Below, in pieces: positions 1-11,019 of a stretch of 56,258 bases of DNA. The position numbers and the translations under genes were made by a program. Within the stretch, counting starts at the first letter, position 1. Each line of letters starts with the position of its first letter. The DNA comes from Octopus bimaculoides. Taxonomy: Eukaryota. The notes under the pieces are model-generated. The model saw nothing but the letters and a program-made list of their open reading frames with translations. It was not told the DNA's origin and did not search any database. The DNA is taken from contig NC_069002.1 in NCBI RefSeq assembly GCF_001194135.2, positions 24,470,076-24,526,333 of the forward strand, read 5' to 3'.

Positions 1-639
1 TATATATGGATGTGTGTATTTCCCCTTGTTTACAATTTACACTGAAAAAATAAATAAACAGTTACCAGGGCAGCAAAAAATTACACAAGTAATAAGGACG
101 TAACACCCTGTTTGTAAAGGTAGAAATTCAGGGTTGATGTGAAATATTTTGTATAATATATATAAATAAATAAATGAAGACAACACTGGTATAATTCCAA
201 AGGAATGAAATGGTGTAAAACAATGTAATCTTCTCATCAGGGAAAGAAAGAAAGAAACCAAGCTCATCAATCAGTCATTTTAACAGAATGTGATGGATGT
301 GTATAATGATGAACGGAAAGCTATTAAGTTTTTTTTTTTTAAACCGTTTGAAAATATAACGTCAAAGGTAGCCTATAGAAAGAGAAGGGATAAAGGAAAG
401 AAATAAGCAGAAAACTGATAAAGGAGAGATATGGAGCGATGTGTGAATTGAAATAAAAGCCTAAAGGTTTGGAAATAGAGATATCTAGTGGAAGTGAAAT
501 GTAAGAAGAAAAGGTAAGAAAAACAATTGCAGCGTGGAAGATGTTTATAAGCCATTTAAGAACAAACACAAAAACCGTTAGATTCGCTTCAAATTTAATT
601 TGTGTCAAGATAATTTCATCGCTTTGAAACCGCGGCATG

Positions 640-1020
640 TTCACAACCAAAACTTTGTGCAGGACGTAGTTTGTCAGTGGTACCTTGGCAACTGTCTCTA
701 CTATAGCCTCGAGACAATCGAAGCTTTGTGAGTGGTTTTAAGCCCGTCGTATATGTGTGTGTGTGTGTGTGCACACGTGCGTCTCTTTATATGTGTGTGC
801 TTGTGTGCGTGTCTTTGAGTCTCTGTGTGTCTCCCACCACAGCTTGAAAACTATTGTTGGCGTGTTTCTGTCCCCGTAACTTGGCGATTCGGTAAAATAG
901 AACGATAGAATAAGTCTTGAGCTTTAAAAACAAATTTTGGGTCGATTTGTTCGACCAAAAACCTTTCAGATCAGTGCCCCAGCATTGCCGGATTCAAAGG
1001 ACTGGAACAAATAACGATAA
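640..1020 (+). mobile_element. SINE family A copy (tRNA/CORE-like SINE with internal (TG)n), degraded
   Basis: Shares GTGGTACCTTGGCAACTGTC..CTATAGCCTC, AAGCCCGTCGTATATG(TG)n and the 3' body GTCCCCGTAACTT..GATAGAATAAG..GGGTCGATTTGTTCGAC..CCAGCAT with the full-length copy at 18621. Confidence 0.85.
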
Positions 1021-1060
1021 ATGATGTTAATATTATAATTGCCGATATAAAAGTTAGCTA

Positions 1061-1152
1061 GTTGGCTGGTCGGCTGGTCGGTCGGTCGGTCGGTGGGTCG
1101 GACGGTTGATTGTTTGGTTGGTTGGTTGGTTGGTTGGTTGGTTGGCTGGTGG
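1061..1152. repeat. (GGTC)n/(GGTT)n tetranucleotide microsatellite
   Basis: Direct reading of the sequence. Confidence 0.95.
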
Positions 1153-1339
1153 AGTTATTCCAGTCATGCTTTGGATTCTATAACGAAAGGAAACGAGAGA
1201 GTAAAAGAGAGATATAGAGAAAGTTAACATAAAGATAACAGAATAGGTTCAGAAATAATGGTAAAACGTAAAACAACACCCACAAACAGCAGGAATCATA
1301 GACAAACATGGAGAGGATATACATGTATGTATTTGTGTG

Positions 1340-1575
<236 letters not shown>

Positions 1576-1615
1576 TACTGTTAATAAAAGCCGGTGTGCG
1601 TTGCATTTTGTTACT

Positions 1616-2270
1616 TAATAAACGAGAAAATGTATTGTAAATATACAAACGACATGTGAAGACGTATAACGTATACTGACAGTACAACCGGTCGGGAGAC
1701 GGATGCAGAAGATGCCTAATTCTATATCAGTTATCAACCAGAGAGTATTACACAGTTACGACCCATTAATGATAAGATAGAACTTCTCAAGTTGGCGGTG
1801 CCAACGAAAGTTGCGAAGGATATAAGGCCGAGAGCAAACAAAGCAAAATACAGTGGAGATAAGAAAGTGAATAAATATAATTTAAGACGATGGACATATA
1901 GGAAACAAACAAGAAACGAGTAAAATATAACCTTTGGGCCAAAAAGACAAGAATGGTGGGTAACCCTTAGAAGGCATCGTAAGGTATTAGAAAGCAACAA
2001 ATAGCAAGACGGTGGGACGCAGAGAATTTAGGACCGGTCAAATATGCAACCGGTGTGAAAAAAGGAGAGAAAGAAAGAAAGGCTGGCCACGGGTCACGTG
2101 TCTGCAGCAGCTCAGTCTTATCATCAATGGTGCAAAACTGTATAATTAGCAATTGGTTGATGACTGATGAAGAATTAGGGACCCTCTGTATCTGTCTCCC
2201 GATCGGTTCTACACTCAGTATACGCTATGCGTTTTTTACTTGTTTATTTACAGTACATTTTTTCATTTAT
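1616..2270. mobile_element. non-autonomous element with ~160 bp imperfect terminal inverted repeats, copy 1
   Basis: 1616-1780 is the imperfect reverse complement of 2110-2270 (e.g. GTATACTGACAGTACAACCGGTCGGGAGAC vs GTCTCCCGATCGGTTCTACACTCAGTATAC); body is colinear with 32055-32846. Confidence 0.85.
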
Positions 2271-2759
2271 ACATACACTCACACACACACACATACACAC
2301 ACACGCACACACACATGTATAGATGCATATGTGCACACATATATATACATACATGCATACATACATACATACATGCATGCATGCATGCATACATACATAC
2401 ATACATACATATATACATAAATACATGCACATGTGCGTAAGTGTGTGCGTGTAATGTAGGTAGGTAGGGAGAAATCCCAGTTGTTTCGTCTTGTTTCGTC
2501 TACTCATTTCATTGTTATAATCTCTCGTTCTTGTATAGATGCAATATACATATTAATGTGGGAAACTACATGTTAATGTTGAAAGCTATTGCCTAACAAA
2601 GCAGGAAGTCAGAACATATGTTAGTATTATTTATTCACCATTATGCATGTTCCGTTTGTTAACAGGAATTACAAATTTTTATATGTTTGATAGACATATA
2701 AGGAATTCCCTATTAGAAATTCTTCAGACAGAGAATTAAATAATACAAATTTTATAATT

Positions 2760-2807
2760 CATTGAAAGATATATATATATATATATATATATCTTTCAAT
2801 GTGTATG

Positions 2808-2874
<67 letters not shown>

Positions 2875-2900
2875 ATATCTTTCAATGTGCATGTGTGTAC

Positions 2901-2949
<49 letters not shown>

Positions 2950-2956
2950 CATACAC
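2760..2956. repeat. (TA)n-centred palindromes with local duplication
   Basis: CATTGAAAGAT(AT)nATCTTTCAATG is a perfect 42-bp palindrome at 2760-2801; 2801-2816 is inverted at 2941-2956; the ATCTTTCAATGTG.ATGTGTGTACATAT unit at 2791 recurs at 2877. Confidence 0.9.
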
Positions 2957-3044
2957 GCACGCAAATATACACACTTGTATACATAGATAAACACAAAGAC
3001 ACATATATGCACACATAACAGACATATATACACACACACATACA

Positions 3045-3290
3045 TATAGGAGTGGTTGTGTGGTAAATAGCGTGTGTGTGTGTTTGTGCGTCTGTGCTTG
3101 TTCCCCCACCATCGATTGACAACCAATTCTGGTGTGTTTACGTCGCCGTAAATTACCGCTTCGGCAAAAGAGGCTGATAGAATAAGTACTAGGCTTTGAA
3201 GAAAATGTCCCGGGGTCGATTTATTCGACTAAAGGTGGTGCTCCAGCATGGGCACGGTCAAATACCTGTAACATATAAAAGAATATATTT
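3045..3290 (+). mobile_element. SINE family A copy, internally deleted
   Basis: Head AGGAGTGGTTGTGTGGTAAATAGC joined directly to (TG)n and the 3' body ending AAAGGTGGTGCTCCAGCATGG. Confidence 0.85.
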
Positions 3291-3742
3291 ATATGAGTAT
3301 GTATTCAAAATCATACACATATACACATACATATACATACATACAAATTGCTGGCCTTGTGTCAAAATTTGAAATCAATATTTCTATACTTTCTAACAAT
3401 CATAAATTATTAATTTTATCTCCTAATTTATAGGGAGTAGCGTTTCTAATAATTCTATTTTATACTTTTTCTTTTAACTCCCAAATAATGGAGAGTAAGG
3501 ATGCATTGTTCGATTTACTATATATTTGAAAGAAGAAATATGGTTATAATACCTTCATTTAAATGTTGTAGATGTGACACGTATATATTACTATGTATTT
3601 TGGTAAGTAGGTTTCCAGAAGACATTTATCATTTAAAGGCCAAGACATTTGTGATCAAAAATTACATAATTTACTTGAAATTGGACTTAGAATGTTATTG
3701 TTGTTGAAATTGTTGTTGTATGATACGTTTTCAATATGATTA

Positions 3743-4545
3743 CACTGATCAAGAAGTATTTTTTCATCAAGCATATGCTAAGGTCTACTCAGTTTAGTTT
3801 TTAATGCTGATTTCAAATATACAATTAATTTTTTGATATCACGTACAGTTTTGAAGATGAGAAAGTTTTATGGTTTTAGCTAATGCATTATATAGAATTT
3901 CCAATTAATGACGTGTACGCATATATTTCATTTACATCATGGAAACATACCTTTAAAATAAACAGCATTATTCATTATTGCATAGTTCAGATGCAATATT
4001 TCATCATCTTAAATTAACCAATCAAGTTTTGTTTGATGAAATAGGTATTTCAACCTCTCAAATCGTCCAGTCATAATTGGTCTGATTATAACAGTTTGGC
4101 ATCAAGACTGAAGGAGAAATATCTACTAGAATACGGTGTTCGTATATCTTATTTTCGACAGAGAAATGTGGTTCTACAAACGTGTTTTTCTGTCGAAGGC
4201 CCGCCTTCATTTTGCAGTAACATCAATGGACTTTTCGAATGTTTATCCCAAAATCACCATCCTGCAGAGTGGCGTTTGTTTATTGTCCCTTCAAAACGAA
4301 GTTTAAAAGCTGTACTTCTCCATGAAGGTCATCTGAAGCCCACATTCCTATTGCACACCCCGTTTATCTTCACGAATGATATGAGAATATGGAACTTTTA
4401 CTTCATGCCATTACTTACGAAAGATATTCATGGAAAATATGTGGAAATTTAAAAGTCCTTGGAATGTTAATGGGAATGCAGTCAGGTTTCACAAAATGCT
4501 GTTGTTTCTTTAGTCTATGGGATAGTCGGGCAGCTGACAAAAGAG
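3743..4545 (+). mobile_element. DNA transposon relic, Chapaev3/CMC-like transposase (family assignment tentative)
   Basis: CACTG terminus at 3743; frameshifted peptides ASRLKEKYLL..EWRLFIVPSKRSLKAVLLHEG (4096-4340) and WKICGNLKVLGMLMGMQSGFTKCCCFFSLWDSRA (~4430-4530) match the recalled WRLFIDSSKRSLK.VLLH / W.ICGDLK..LLG.Q.G.TK..CFLC.WDSR transposase motifs. Confidence 0.7.
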
Positions 4546-5452
4546 AAAGAGAGAGAAAAAAGGAGGGAGAGAGAAGCGTCCATGACGCGAGGTAGAGAGA
4601 TTGTAATTGCAACGCTTTCACGTGACTGGTTGAAGGGCAAGAGAGAAGAAAGAAAAAGTAGAGAGAAAAAGAAGACAAGGCGAGGAGTGAGATAGAACGA
4701 GGGAGAAAGAAAAACAGGGAGAAAAAAGAGGGGGAGACAAAAAGAGGGAGAGAGGAGCATTTATAACGTGTGGCAGGGGGAACGTAATATTTACTGAATG
4801 GTTCAAAAAGTTAGATGAAGACAGTGATGATATAAAGGAGAAGAGTTAGAAATATAATTTTAGCAGAGGGGTGTTAATCTGATAGTGAGGTTAAAGAAAG
4901 ACAGAGAGAGGGAGAGAGGGAGAGAGAGGAGCGGGAGTGGAAGGAGAGAGAGATGTGGTGGTTGCGGTGATGGTGTTGGTGGTGGTGTTGGTGGTGGTGA
5001 CCGGATAGTGAAAAGTGTATTTTTTCTTACCTAAACTAAATTTTTTATATCAACTCTCACTTAACGCATGCGCGTAAGTGGAATTCCGTGAAATATTCAC
5101 TCTTATTTACGTGGCAGGTCTATGCGATTTAACTAAAGGTTGAATCATATGTACGGGATATTTTTTTTCTTTACGGGGAAAAATGGAAAAATAAGAGTGA
5201 ATATTTATTTTATGAGTGCTGTGTATTAAGTCTATAAAAAAGTGCATAAAGTATATAAAATGTATATATAAAGTGCATTAAGTAAACATCATATTCCTAT
5301 TTCTTTCACTTTTCAATGAGTAGCATATAAGCGACTATCTTTCCATACAGTCATAACACAGGTTACACTTTCAAGATTTTTAAAAACAGATTTCAGAAGA
5401 AATCCAGTAGGTTTACCATTAATTCCATGAAATATTCACGGGTCCCGCTAGT
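4546..5452 (-). mobile_element. Helitron/Helentron-like non-autonomous element
   Basis: Minus-strand start ACTAGCGGGACCCG at 5452 resembles the ACTAGC..ACC(C/T)GG start at 32855; internal AG-rich and (GGT)n tracts; subterminal repeated motif ATTCC(G/A)TGAAATATTCAC; left boundary uncertain. Confidence 0.5.
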
Positions 5453-5847
5453 TGAAAGTAATATATGAGAATTAGAAATTGTATCGATATTATTACGATT
5501 ATTGTTATTACAACTAGGAAAATAATTGTTATTAATGTTAAGGTTTTTTTATGATTGACGGAAGATATAATTTCACTTAAGTTAGAGATAGTGGAATTGC
5601 AGATTTTTTGTAGTGCTTGTTAGATATTTTGTAGTATTTATGTGTGTGCGTCTGTAATTGGTGTCTGAATGTATGCGGCGTATGTATGTATGTATGTATG
5701 TACGTATGTATTATGCATATGCATATGTATGTATATATATGGATATGTATTTTTTTATATTTAAGTGTGTGTATATGCGTATATATATATATATATATAT
5801 ATATGGATAAAAGACAAAGTAGAAAATGCTAAAATATTTTCATAAAG

Positions 5848-5880
5848 AACCGGTTTCGATCCTTGAGATCTTTTCAACAG
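5848..5880 (-). ncRNA. degenerate minimal hammerhead-like motif in PLE 3' region
   Basis: Minus strand CUGUUGA-AAA-GAUC(UCAAG)GAUC-GAAAC-CG-GUU with palindromic AACCGGUU stem III; core is non-canonical and stem I does not pair. Confidence 0.45.
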
Positions 5881-6368
5881 TAAATATAAATAATAAATCT
5901 TTGAAAATTATTGAAAAATTAAATTTTGGTAAATTCAAAAGAAAAGTCTTTTTAAGGACATGTTTGTATAGTATTCAAATAACAGGGGCATTTTTCTTGT
6001 TTCTGCTTGTCTCTGTTTCACTTGTTAACTCTTGTGGGTTCGAAGAAGGAGTGCTATGATAGTAGCAGAGTGTTAATTGGTTGGGTGTCCTGACATTGAC
6101 CAGTTGATGGTCGTAGTGATCTGTATTGGTTATAATGTTTGCATAGGTGTTATTCTAAACAGCAGTAGTAGTAATAAAGTAAGGGAGGAGGTGGTGGAAA
6201 GGAAGAAGAAGATGACGGAGAAGGTGAGGGATGGGGAGAAGAAGAGAAATAGTAATAATAAACTGCAGGATAGAGTGATAGTAACTAGTCGAGTGAGTAG
6301 TGATTGGGGTTGTTTTTTTTATATTTTTTTTTATAATTCCTTGAGTATCTATTTGGAGTTTATCATTT

Positions 6369-6866
6369 TTAATATTTGTGTGTAGTGGATATGTCATTCG
6401 TTGTAGATGCGTTCAGAAGGGGTCTGTATTTTGTGATGAAGCGAGACTCTTTACTAATTCTTTGGCTGTAGGTTCTATCGTCTCTGAATTGATAGAAGGG
6501 AAAGATTCTGAAACTTGAATTTTTATTATTGGCGCAAATATCGATGTGTTGGCTGAATGCTATTTTTCTGTGTTGGGGAATTTTGATTTGAAATCTGTGC
6601 AGAGCCATCCATTGACGCAGGCTGTTTTTTGTTTGGCCTATGTACTGCTCTTGACACCCAGAGCAGGTTAGTGCGTATATCAGGTTCTCCGAAGTACATG
6701 TGAAGTTACTTTTCACTTTGAANNNNNNNNNNTGCGTATATCAGGTTCTCCGAAGTACATGTGAAGTTACTTTTCACTTTGAAATTTTGTCCCTGTTTGA
6801 AGGAGAACTCTGATCCCTCAATTAAATTGACGCATATCCCGCAGATGGGTCTACTGCATTTTTTTT
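6369..6866 (-). pseudogene. GIY-YIG endonuclease domain of Penelope-like ORF
   Basis: CxxxxCxxC then NFTCTSENLIYALTCSGCQEQYIGQT..LHRFQI..FSQH; continuous once the 51-bp duplicated contig end around the 10-N gap is collapsed. Confidence 0.9.
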
Positions 6867-7279
6867 ACTGACGGCTTCAGTGTTTTTGTTGAGGGTATTT
6901 GAGCTTGTGTTAGGAGACTTTTCATAGATTTGGGTTGTCTCTTGCTTTTTATAATGGTGTGTGTTTGGAAGATTAAGTTCAGTCTGTGGTCCTTTTTTAG
7001 CAGGGGAATGTTTTGAAGGATGGTACCGAAGGCTTCATTGTTAAGAGGGCTGTGTGTGGACATATATGGCAGGGCTTTTGGTTGTAAGACCTTCTTTAAT
7101 TTGGGATGTCTGAGTTCGTGGATGCTGAGTTGAAGGGCTCGTTGAAAGCATGTGTCAATTAGTGTACATGGGAAGTTCCTGGTGGCGAGAGCATCCTTTA
7201 GCTCATATAGTCGAGAGTCCTTGGTGGTTGCATTAGAAACGATAGTACATATCTTTTTTGCTATATATATATATACATA

Positions 7280-8078
7280 NNNNNNNNNNNNNNNNNNNNN
7301 NNNNNNNNNNNNNNNNNNNNNNNNNNNNNNNNNNNNNNNNNNNNNNNNNNNNNNNNNNNNNNNNNNNNNNNNNNNNNNNNNNNNNNNNNNNNNNNNNNNN
7401 NNNNNNNNNNNNNNNNNNNNNNNNNNNNNNNNNNNNNNNNNNNNNNNNNNNNNNNNNNNNNNNNNNNNNNNNNNNNNNNNNNNNNNNNNNNNNNNNNNNN
7501 NNNNNNNNNNNNNNNNNNNNNNNNNNNNNNNNNNNNNNNNNNNNNNNNNNNNNNNNNNNNNNNNNNNNNNNNNNNNNNNNNNNNNNNNNNNNNNNNNNNN
7601 NNNNNNNNNNNNNNNNNNNNNNNNNNNNNNNNNNNNNNNNNNNNNNNNNNNNNNNNNNNNNNNNNNNNNNNNNNNNNNNNNNNNNNNNNNNNNNNNNNNN
7701 NNNNNNNNNNNNNNNNNNNNNNNNNNNNNNNNNNNNNNNNNNNNNNNNNNNNNNNNNNNNNNNNNNNNNNNNNNNNNNNNNNNNNNNNNNNNNNNNNNNN
7801 NNNNNNNNNNNNNNNNNNNNNNNNNNNNNNNNNNNNNNNNNNNNNNNNNNNNNNNNNNNNNNNNNNNNNNNNNNNNNNNNNNNNNNNNNNNNNNNNNNNN
7901 NNNNNNNNNNNNNNNNNNNNNNNNNNNNNNNNNNNNNNNNNNNNNNNNNNNNNNNNNNNNNNNNNNNNNNNNNNNNNNNNNNNNNNNNNNNNNNNNNNNN
8001 NNNNNNNNNNNNNNNNNNNNNNNNNNNNNNNNNNNNNNNNNNNNNNNNNNNNNNNNNNNNNNNNNNNNNNNNNNNNNN
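7280..8078. other. assembly gap (others: 6723-6732, 11465-11525, 14435-14577, 21605-22480, 33853-34594, 36283-36316, 43187-43197, 48050-48431, 50061-50070)
   Basis: N runs, mostly flanked by (TA)n. Confidence 1.
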
Positions 8079-8259
8079 AGAGTGAAAGAAAGTTGTGGTG
8101 AAAGAGTACAGCAGGGTTCACCACCATCCCCTGCCGGAGCCTCGTGGAGCTTTAGGTGTTTTCGCTCAATAGACACTCACAACTCCCGGTCTGGGAATCG
8201 AAACCGCGATCCTATGGCCGCGAGTCCGCTGCCCTAACCACTGGGCCATTGCGCCTCCA
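8079..8259 (-). mobile_element. tRNA-derived SINE family C
   Basis: Minus strand GGAGGCGCAATGGCCCAGTGGTTAGGGCAGCGGACTCGCGG..GGTTTCGATTCCC: A-box and B-box in a tRNA-like head; 3' end runs into a gap. Confidence 0.85.
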
Positions 8260-8434
8260 TTATGTGTCTGTATTAACAGGATAAAAATATAGAAAAAATC
8301 GCTATTCCCTATGAATCAGTCAATGAATTTTGAAATTTATCTTTTGTTAGAAAGCATAGAAATGTTGATTTTAAATTTAGGCAGAAAAAAAAAGTTTTGG
8401 GGATTCTGTAGTATCTAAGTTCTCTGCACTTAGA

Positions 8435-8600
8435 AGCGATGCCGGTCCGTCACGGGATTACTCCCTTTTGCCAGGTGAGTGGCCGGAGCTACTTGAAATA
8501 AAGAGTTTGGCTCTAAAATATCAAAGTATCAAACGTTCCAGGAAACGAAACCGCAATCGTACGGCCACGTGCGCAACAACAAACGACTGGATCACAACTT
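8435..8600 (-). mobile_element. degraded tRNA-SINE (family D-related)
   Basis: GGTGAGTGGCCGGAGCTACTTGAAATAAAGAGTTTGGCTC resembles AGTGAACTGGAACAACATGAGATGAAGTATTTTACTCAAG at 13739. Confidence 0.55.
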
Positions 8601-8814
8601 TGCGTGTATATCTATGTGTGCGTGCGTGTGATGTACGTACGTATATATGTATGTATAGATGTATGTATGTATAAATGTACGTACGTAAGTTTTCATGTAT
8701 ATATGTATGTATGCATACATGTATATCAAAATCAAATCAATTTTTTGTTGAACTGATATTCAGCTTTTAAACTTTTAAGACGTGATACAAAAACAGCACG
8801 ATGTTATGAAATTA

Positions 8815-8945
8815 TTAATATAATATAATATAATATAATATAATATAATATAATATATTATAATATAATATAACATAATATAATATAATATAATATAATA
8901 TATTATAATATAATATAACATAATATAATATAATATAATATAATA
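8815..8945. repeat. (TAATA)n pentanucleotide microsatellite
   Basis: Direct reading of the sequence. Confidence 0.95.
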
Positions 8946-9169
8946 TGATGTATATATATCACGTAATTCATGAAATGAACCAAACAATTGAATTGATACG
9001 AGATTTTTTGGTTTGTTTTGTTTCGGAAATGTCTGCGCAAACTAAGCTTCTATCATTTCTTTCTGTTTGCAGACATGATATTATGTTTCAAATATTTGAA
9101 GCATACACGGATAAACGTAAGTATTATCTTTAATGTTAAAATTTAAAATTAATATGGTGCCACAATGTA

Positions 9170-9960
9170 CACAACACGCCTTTAACATGCTGGGAAAATG
9201 CTTGACAACATTTCGTTTGTCTTTATGTTCTGAGTTCACATTCCGCCGTGGTCGACTTTGCCTTTCATCATTTCGGGGCCGATAAAATAAGTACCAGTTG
9301 CGCGATGGGGTAAATGTCATCAACTTATGCGCTCCCTCGAAATTGTTCGTCTTGTGCCAAAATTTGATCCTGCCTAGTCGGTCCTCACTCGCTGTGACTT
9401 CTACGTGTTGTACTCCGCGTTATTTCAAAAACTGCTCTTCAGTTCGAAATATATATGTTTTGTGATCAATGAAAGGAGAATATTAGTCTGAAACCGTTTA
9501 ATATTGGTTCATTTTGGTTGCCATGTAGCGCTCTTAATATGTTGGGAATTACCAAGACGGTAAGCTGGCACAGTAGGCAAAACGCTCAGCTGCATTTCGT
9601 CCGTTTATACGTTCTGAGTTCAAATGTTGCCGGGGTCGACTTCACTTTTCATCCCTTTTGGGGTCAGTAGAATAAGTACCAATTGAACACTAGGGTCAGT
9701 GTATTCGACGTTTTCCGTCCTCCGAGATTGCTGGTCTTGTGCCAACATTTGAAATCGATATGTTGTTAATTAGTAAGGCAACGAGTTGGCAGAATTATTA
9801 AGAAACCGGACAAAATGCTTAGCGGAATTTCGTTCGTCTTTACATTCTGAATACAAATTTAGACGTGGTCAACTTTGCATCTCATCCTTTCAGGGTCGAT
9901 AAATAAGAACTAGTCAGGCACCTCCCTCAAAACTGCAGACCTTCTGTCAAAATTAGAAAT
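9170..9960 (+). mobile_element. three consecutive SINE family B copies (~9170-9367, 9556-9755, 9775-9960)
   Basis: Each has variants of GCTGGCAGAA..AAATGCTTAGCGG.ATTTCGT..TTCTGAGTTCAAAT..GGTCGACTTTGCCTTTCATCC..GGGGTCGATAAA.TAAGTACCAG..CTTGTGCCAAAATTTGAAA. Confidence 0.88.
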
Positions 9961-10182
9961 AAACATGCGGATCGGTGACCTGGATCCACTTCAAGATGAA
10001 TTCATATGAAATCCTGCAAGAGTAGCCCTTTCGTTCGTGTGGTTAACATATTTCGTATCAATGATATTTTGAAACCAATGAATCAGTGACCTCTTTTCCA
10101 ATATCTATGTTTCTGTCGAGTCAAAAACTAATTTCATACATCTCATTTTCATTACACAAAGAATTTATTTTTTTTTTTATTT

Positions 10183-10668
10183 TTGGCCTACAAAATAATT
10201 GTTTCAAATTTTTCCACAAGGGCAGCAATTTTAGGGGAGGTGGGGATGAGTGGATTACATCAATACCCAGTGTTCAACTTGTACTTATTTTATCGAACCC
10301 CGAAGGACGAAAGGCAAAGTCGACCTCGGCGGAATTTAAAATTCTCAGAACGTAGCGACGGGCGAAATAACGCTAAGTATTTCGTCCGGCGCGCTAGCGA
10401 TTCTGCCAGCACGCCGCCTTTGCGCTAGCAAATAATTCTTTTCTACTCTAGGCACAAGGCTCGAAATTTTGGAGGAGGGCTTCAGTCGATTAGATTGACC
10501 CTAGTACACAACTGGTACTTAATTTATTGACCCCGAAAGAATGAAAGGCAAAGACGACCTCGGCGGAATTTGAGCTCCTCAGAACATAACGACGGGCGAA
10601 ATACCGCTAAGCATTTTCTCCGACGCGCTAGCACTTCTGCCAGCACGCCGCCTTTGCGCTAGCAAATA
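10183..10668 (-). mobile_element. tandem pair of SINE family B copies (10183-10434, 10435-10668)
   Basis: Both carry GAAAGGCAAAG.CGACCTCGGCGGAATTT and an identical 34-nt end TTCTGCCAGCACGCCGCCTTTGCGCTAGCAAATA. Confidence 0.9.
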
Positions 10669-10680
10669 TTAAAATGTAAA

Positions 10681-10888
10681 AGGCGACGAGCTGGCAGAAA
10701 CGTTTGCGCGCCGGGCGAAATGCTTAGCGGTATTTTGTCTGTCTGTACGTTCTGAGTTCAAATTCTGCTGAGGTCGACTTTGCCTTTCATCCTTTTGAGG
10801 TCAATAAATTAAATTGCCAGTTGCGTGTTGGGGTCGATGTAATCGACTGGCCCCCTCGCCCAAAGTTTCAGGCCTTTTGCCTAGAGTA
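10681..10888 (+). mobile_element. SINE family B, near full length
   Basis: GGCGACGAGCTGGCAGAAACG head, B-box-like GAGTTCAAATTC, 3' GGCCTTTTGCCTAGAGTAGAAAAGAA. Confidence 0.92.
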
Positions 10889-11019
10889 GAAAAGAAATAA
10901 TAAAATGTGATATTTAGAGAATTAAATTCATGTCTCAGTTTCTGTTGGCCGCAGTTTCTCTCTCGTCATTCACAGGTTTCGGGCAATAGTTGTTTTGTTT
11001 TCTATCTTTTATTTTTTAC

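Larger units (their letters stand above)
5800..7262 (-). mobile_element. Penelope-like element, 3' portion (RT-distal linker, GIY-YIG endonuclease, 3' UTR/pLTR)
   Basis: ORF 6369-6716 has CTSENLIYALTCSGCQEQYIGQT (PLE GIY-YIG motif); upstream frame 6851-7260 has LPYMSTHSP..KSKRQPKSMKSLLT..PSVKK; the two join via a +1 A in an 8-A run (6859-6866) to give KKCSRPICGIC; 5' end lost in a gap. Confidence 0.92.

Noticed and set aside
6672-6783. 51-bp direct repeat flanking 10 Ns
   Set aside because: Identical copies on both sides of a minimal gap are unmerged overlapping contig ends, not a biological duplication
6851-8237. Long ORFs of 275-441 aa here and at 21307-22672, 33649-34716
   Set aside because: They run through N gaps; only the flanking PLE-derived portions are real
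8079-8259. Possible tRNA gene (also 12900-12975 and 18621-18690)
   Set aside because: A/B boxes are present but there is no complete acceptor stem, and each continues into a repeat body, so these are SINE heads
9170-10890. Regularly recurring conserved motif resembling a CRISPR-like array
   Set aside because: Units are ~200-bp SINEs in both orientations with no unique spacers; eukaryotic context
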